64,000 nt of DNA from contig JAQTSV010000001.1 of NCBI GenBank assembly GCA_028711115.1, positions 6,032-70,031 of the forward strand, given 5' to 3'. Of this stretch, positions 24,001-30,000 are shown one piece after another. The number at the start of each line of letters is the position of its first letter. The first letter of the stretch is position 1. A program made the position numbers and the translations under genes. A model generated the notes under the pieces. It searched no databases and was not told the DNA's origin. It was given only the letters and a program-made list of their open reading frames with translations. The stretch is from Candidatus Omnitrophota bacterium (GTDB lineage Bacteria; Omnitrophota; Gorgyraeia; Velamenicoccales; JABMQK01).

Positions 24001-27000
24001 CCCCTGGAAAATGCCGGAGAATTCTTCATTGTCTCCGCTCAATTTCAGAGGCTTTCCAGATTCATTAGAATAACTAAGAGGCGTTCCGGCTCCTATTAAA
24101 CCAAGGTGTTCTAAAGTAACCTTGTGCTCTTCCTGCCATTCCTTTCCCGGTCCTCCTAAAATCGTAACCAAACTCGCTACGCCCGGCATACCCCAAGCAG
24201 AAGTAGCTGCATTGCTAAGAGGAGACAAAGCGAGAGCTTCTCTATATATATTGGCTCTGCCTTTATTTACAATTTGATTATCTTCTACATTGAGACCATA
24301 ATAAGCGATCTGTGTTCTGTCTTTGTTGTCCTTCCATACTGATTCGGAATTACCTTGCAGTGTTTCAATACCGCCTCTGCCCGAAGATGTTCCGCCTGCG
24401 TTTATCGGTATTTCTACAGGATATTTATTTCCTTGAGAGAAATCTGGATTTGCAAAAGAGAATATTAATCTATTCGCTTCTGCACTATAGAAACTCTTCT
24501 CAGGGGCAAAATCAAACGTGGAGATAATTTCATGGCCTGCCTGATTTACACCAGCAATGCCATAGAGTTTAGAAACTCTTATGGATGCCGAGGATTGTGC
24601 ATTACCTATATTATAAGTATGTTGGTTGAGCTTAATATCCTGGACATACTCTGCAGCATAAGGCGCTCCTCTCTCTACGCTTGCATAAGAGGCGTCAAAA
24701 ATAACATTGGGGGCATAATACACTCCTGCCTGGCCGCCTGTTTCTTTCTTTACGCTTGTATATACACCAAAGGGATAAGAAAATTCTCCGTTTACTAAAG
24801 CAACGTCTCTGCCATTAACAGGATGAATATCAATTTCTGCACCGGGAGCATAATCCCTTAGTCCTTCTCCCAATCCCGTATCAAACCAGACTTCATCTTT
24901 TGTTATATACTTATTGGGAATATTGAATAAGTCTTCGCCTAAACCTAAAAATCTTAACACAGTCTGGTTGACAGAATATTCGTTGAGTATGGGTGTTTGT
25001 ATATTTGTCTTTTGTGTGGCGTGTTCTCCGAATTCGCCGATCTCTACAGTAACTCCTTGTTCTTGTCTGGGTTTCGTATTTGCACTCTGCGACGCAGCTG
25101 AACCTGTGTTTCCAGAAATAGCAAATCCTAACCAACCGAAGTAATTATTCATTTCCGGAGAACCGACAATATATGGATTGCTGCCTTTGGTAACAAGTTT
25201 TACATTATCATACCTGGCTAACAGCTGTTCGCCGGATTTAAATACCTGTTTTCCGCGGTTGCCGTCTACTGTGAAATCTATGCTTAAATTAGAATCAAAA
25301 TCTGTGATGCCTGCACTTTTAGCAAGCTTTCTTCCCCAATTCAGTATTGCATTTCTTAAGCCATCATCTAATGACGCTCCATTTACTATCTCATTCCTGG
25401 CTCTTTTTATCTCTTGCGGTATCTTGAATTCATCTCCAAACCTATTTAATGCGTCTTGCTCTGAAAGAATTAAGACTGATTTAACAAATTCATAGGCCTT
25501 GGCGAAATTATCTACGATGAGTTCGTTATTGCGATAAATATAATCCTTGCTTATACCTTTGTTAGCAGCTGTTACCATTCCTTTGTTATTAATAATGTTG
25601 AAATCCTGGGGATGGTCTCTCTGCAAAACAAATGATAAAACTTTGCTGGGATTTGTATTTTCAACATTGACTTTCCAGATGCGCGATAATATTCCGAGAT
25701 TATCTACGGCGAAATGTTCGGTGAAAAATTCGTTAGGCACACCTCTTCCTTGCGGCGCAATTAACATTCTTGTGCCAACGGAGACATCATCGACCAAGAA
25801 TCCCTGATTCAAGTGCAAGGCGTTATTGTCTTGTAATTTTATCTTTCCCCATTCCTCTTTAGAGAAAACTTCGTTTGTAGCACTAGGATTATTATTTAAA
25901 AGGTTACCTATTGTAGTGGGAGAAAGCACTGCATCGTCAAAAACTGTTTTACCTGTACTGGTGTCCAGTTTTATAACTTCATTTAAAAGGGATATGTCTG
26001 CCGGGGATACTCCTCTATCTTTCTTTGCAAAAATATCCAGTTCACTTGAGCCTGTTTCGCCATACTGCATTCTCTCGGTAGGGACATTTGTTACCAGGGC
26101 GTAGTCGGGTTTTATTTTCTTCTGTCCGTCAAAATCTAATTCTTTCCCGCCTTTACTATAGGCAACTATTCCTCGCTGATTGGCAATCCCTGCTCCTGAC
26201 GGCGTAGGTGCGCCTTGAGATCCCAGAGGGAATAAAGATTGTGTCTCCCAGAGCCCGACTCCATCTGCCATTACCTTATAAGTATTGTATTCTGTATTGC
26301 CAAGCGTCCTGGAAGATATGCCTTTTACTTTTCCTAAACTTAAGTCCGCAATTCCTTCTTTAATGCCGTTTGCGCCGTTTACTGCCGAACCCATCACTCC
26401 CGTATATACATCGGAAGTATTTTCAACATTGGCAGGAATATATAATTGAATATCTCCGATGGTGTTAATTCCAAACCGTCCTTCTATACCCTGGCTGGCG
26501 ATGAGCCGGGAGACTATCTCTCCTTCATTGTCATAACCCCAGCTTATCTTGCGATAAGTCTCATCTTCTCTGCCTGTAAATTTACCTTTGCCGACTAGGC
26601 CCCAGCCTTCAACGCCGCCGGGATTGGCCCTGCCAAAAATAATTTCAGCGCCTTGTTCCAAACCATTCAGATAGAGCATATCGATACTGTTTGTCTTGGA
26701 GTGCTGGAATGTATCTGTTCCTGGTGTTACAAAAATGGCTTTGTTGTCGATATTTTCTTTGGCGGTGAAACGAGAGAACCATCCGTAATTTTCTATGAAA
26801 CTCTGGCCTGCTAAAATAAATTCTAAGTTTCCTTCAGCTCTGAATACATTGCCTGCGTCATAAAGACCAAGGTTCGTGGTAGAAAGATATCCTGAACCCT
26901 GCATAGGATTGGAAGCAGCAGGAGCTGTGCCTTCGGATGAACCTGCCGCGACTGTTCCTTGTTTATGGTCAAGGGAAACTGATTGAGAATCAAAAATTTC

Positions 27001-30000
27001 AGGTTTCAGGGAGGCGATTGTAGAAGAGATATAGTGCGTGCCTTGTGCTGTAGTAGCTATGGTAAATGATGGCCTTGTGCCTCTGTCAATCCTTTCGGTA
27101 ATATCTTTTCCTTTAAAATCCTGGCGGATATACGCGCCTTGCAAAGGAGCATAACCTAATGGACCAACTTCATAATGTAGCCTATCTCCCCTATCTGTAA
27201 CTTTGGCGCTAACAGCATATCCCCGGACATCTATGCCTGTTGCTGTGAAATAATTACCATTATCTATATTAAGCAACTCATTAAAGAAATTATCTAATTT
27301 ATTATCTTTCTTTAAATCAGCGTATGTCCTTCCTTTGTCTAATCCGTATTTGCTTAACAGGCCGACTATAGCCTGGTTACCTTTACCTATATTAGTTAAT
27401 GTGGCGAGGTCTTCTACTTTTAATTTTATTCCATCTGAAGTAAGAATTAATTCTAAAGGACTATTAACATCCACATTTACATCCGCCACTGTCAGTGTTC
27501 TCGTACCTTCATTGGTGCCTGCGGATGTTGCAATAACATCAGAAGCCAGTCTCGCATCTCTTATGCCGACCGGGGAATTGGTTTCATTGAATGCAATGCC
27601 GCCCAGATCGTTGCCAAGTTTAGACCATGTTTCTGCACCAACTACTCCGTCTGCCTTCAGGCCATTGGCTTTCTGAAAATCTATTACAGCCTGCCTGGAC
27701 ATCGGCCCAAACCTACCGTCAATCTCGCCATTATAATAACCGGCATTCTTTAAGGCGGTCTGTATCTGTTTGGCGGTCGGCTGCATAACAACATTAAATC
27801 CTTCTATCAAATTACCGCTATTGTTTATACCCAGAGGAATCAATCTTGACTCAGGCGTATATTGAATTGCCGCCATTTCAAATTGATTATCATTATTATT
27901 TGCTAAATAGAGTCTGTAATTTCCTTCCCAGTTAAGAACTCCTTCTTGACGCTTTGCGTTAAACCTTGCTGTGGCACCTGCGGTGTTTGTAGGACGATTA
28001 TTAATTATGGCGATGCTGTCTCCTGACTCTAATTCAATTACAGGAGCATCTTGCCCTACTAATTTATAATGAGTGTCTCCGGCATAAAGTAAATTTGAAG
28101 GAGGCCTGCTGGTCTGCATTGTCTGGCCAGCCGCATTTGTTGCCCGTGCTCTTCCTTCAGGAGTGGTATCTATCACTTCTCTTGCGGCATCTGCATTGGC
28201 TATCCTATTTGTAATCTGCCATCCGCCTAAATTGCCTGGGGTGCTGTCTGCCCAGCCATTTAAAGAAGTACTGAGATCACTATTTATCAAAAGTCCCGGC
28301 TCAAAAGGCTTTAATCCTGATTCCTTATTTCTCTCATTAATTGCTTCTAAGGTTTGTCCTTGAGGCGGAATGGAAGAAACTTTAGTTACCTCTAGCGACG
28401 GAACTGTTAATTCCTCAGCGGAATCAACATTACCGGATTCAAGTACTAAGATCTTTCTGGTGCTGGGAGTGATAATTACAGCTTGCAAACCTTCGGCATT
28501 TTCTCCCACTGCCTGTCTTTTATCAGAAGTTGTTACTGTAAATGCGCCTAATCGCTGTCCTGCCTGCGTCTTAAAGTAATCCAGCTGTTGAATAATTTGT
28601 CCAACCTTGCCAATGGAATTACGCATTACCTGCGGAGTTATGCTTATAATCTTTCCCTCATCATCTCTCTGAATCTGTAAATCTACTTTATTAAGGTATA
28701 CATCTCCTGAAAAACCATCTCCTGTTGATCCCTGGACTAGATACAGAGGCTGATAGCTGTGGCCTTGGTTATCGCCAGTAAAAAGCTGAATCACAGTAGA
28801 ATCGTAAGAACCAATACCTGTTCCACCGAGAATGTTCGCATATGCGTTTATGGGTTCGCGGAAAGCCAAAGGAAAATCTTCTACAGTGAGATTCTTACCC
28901 TGTCCTATTCTGCCCGGTTCTATCCTGCTATAGAGTGATTCTAAATCAAGATCTTTGAGGTCGTCTTTTTTGCCGAATATTCTTACGTCTGTATTAGACA
29001 CTACTCTTGGTTCTGGACTTGTATTATATGTTTTTTCAACCTCTCTTATCTTCTCGCTTTCTGACTTTTCATAAACCTGGGGTTTATTCGTCCTATAATT
29101 TAGAGTCGTTACAAAAGGACTGTTGTCTAAAGAAGGCGAGATAAAAGCCATGCCTCTTTTATTCAACCATTCTTCATATTGGTATTTAGCAATATTAACT
29201 TCGTTGACTTCAGCAAAATGCGTGGTGGCTACATATGATCCACTATCGTCCCATGTGCCTTGTTCTGGATTATATACTGAAACTATATTCTGGGCTCCGC
29301 CTAAGTTTCTTCTGGATTTAACTACGATATCTTCCCGAGTAGCTACGACCTTTCGTTCTTTCTCTGTTGCTATGGCTGCTGTGGCTGTGCTGCCGGGATA
29401 TGCTGCTGATTTCAGTGTTTGTTCTATTTGTCTCTGCGTAATCTGTTCTGTATTATGCTGTGCAGTTTCAACATCTATATCATTGCCATTGACCAGCCAT
29501 GACTGCATAGTTCTGGCTCTTGCTGCATTAGAGCCTGAAGCAGGAGAGGTAACTGTAAAACCAAAAATATCTATGCTTTCAATATTATTCACGTGGCCTG
29601 TAGCTGTAGCTTTTGTGGTTTTCTTATCCAATAGTTCTATGACTTGGCCAGTGCTCTGGACATTAAGAACACCCGGGGCATAAAGCGCACGCTGATTATC
29701 GGGTGACACAACTTGAGGAGCGTTTTGTGGAAGATTCTCTTGGCTTGTTTTCTCAGTCTGCTTAAAATCCGTCTTGACCATTAATTGCGATACGGCTTCC
29801 TGAGGAATCATATTCTGCGCCCCGCCATTTTCGAAATCCAACAGGTAAGAAACTGTGCTGCCCTGATTTATCTGCCATACATTATCTTTACCTTCAACTT
29901 TGGATATGCGAGCTAAATTCCAAGCCGGCTGAAGCGGAATGCCTGATGCCGCAGCGCCACTATTATTATAAAGGTAGCTTAATGCCTGACTAAAACTGAA

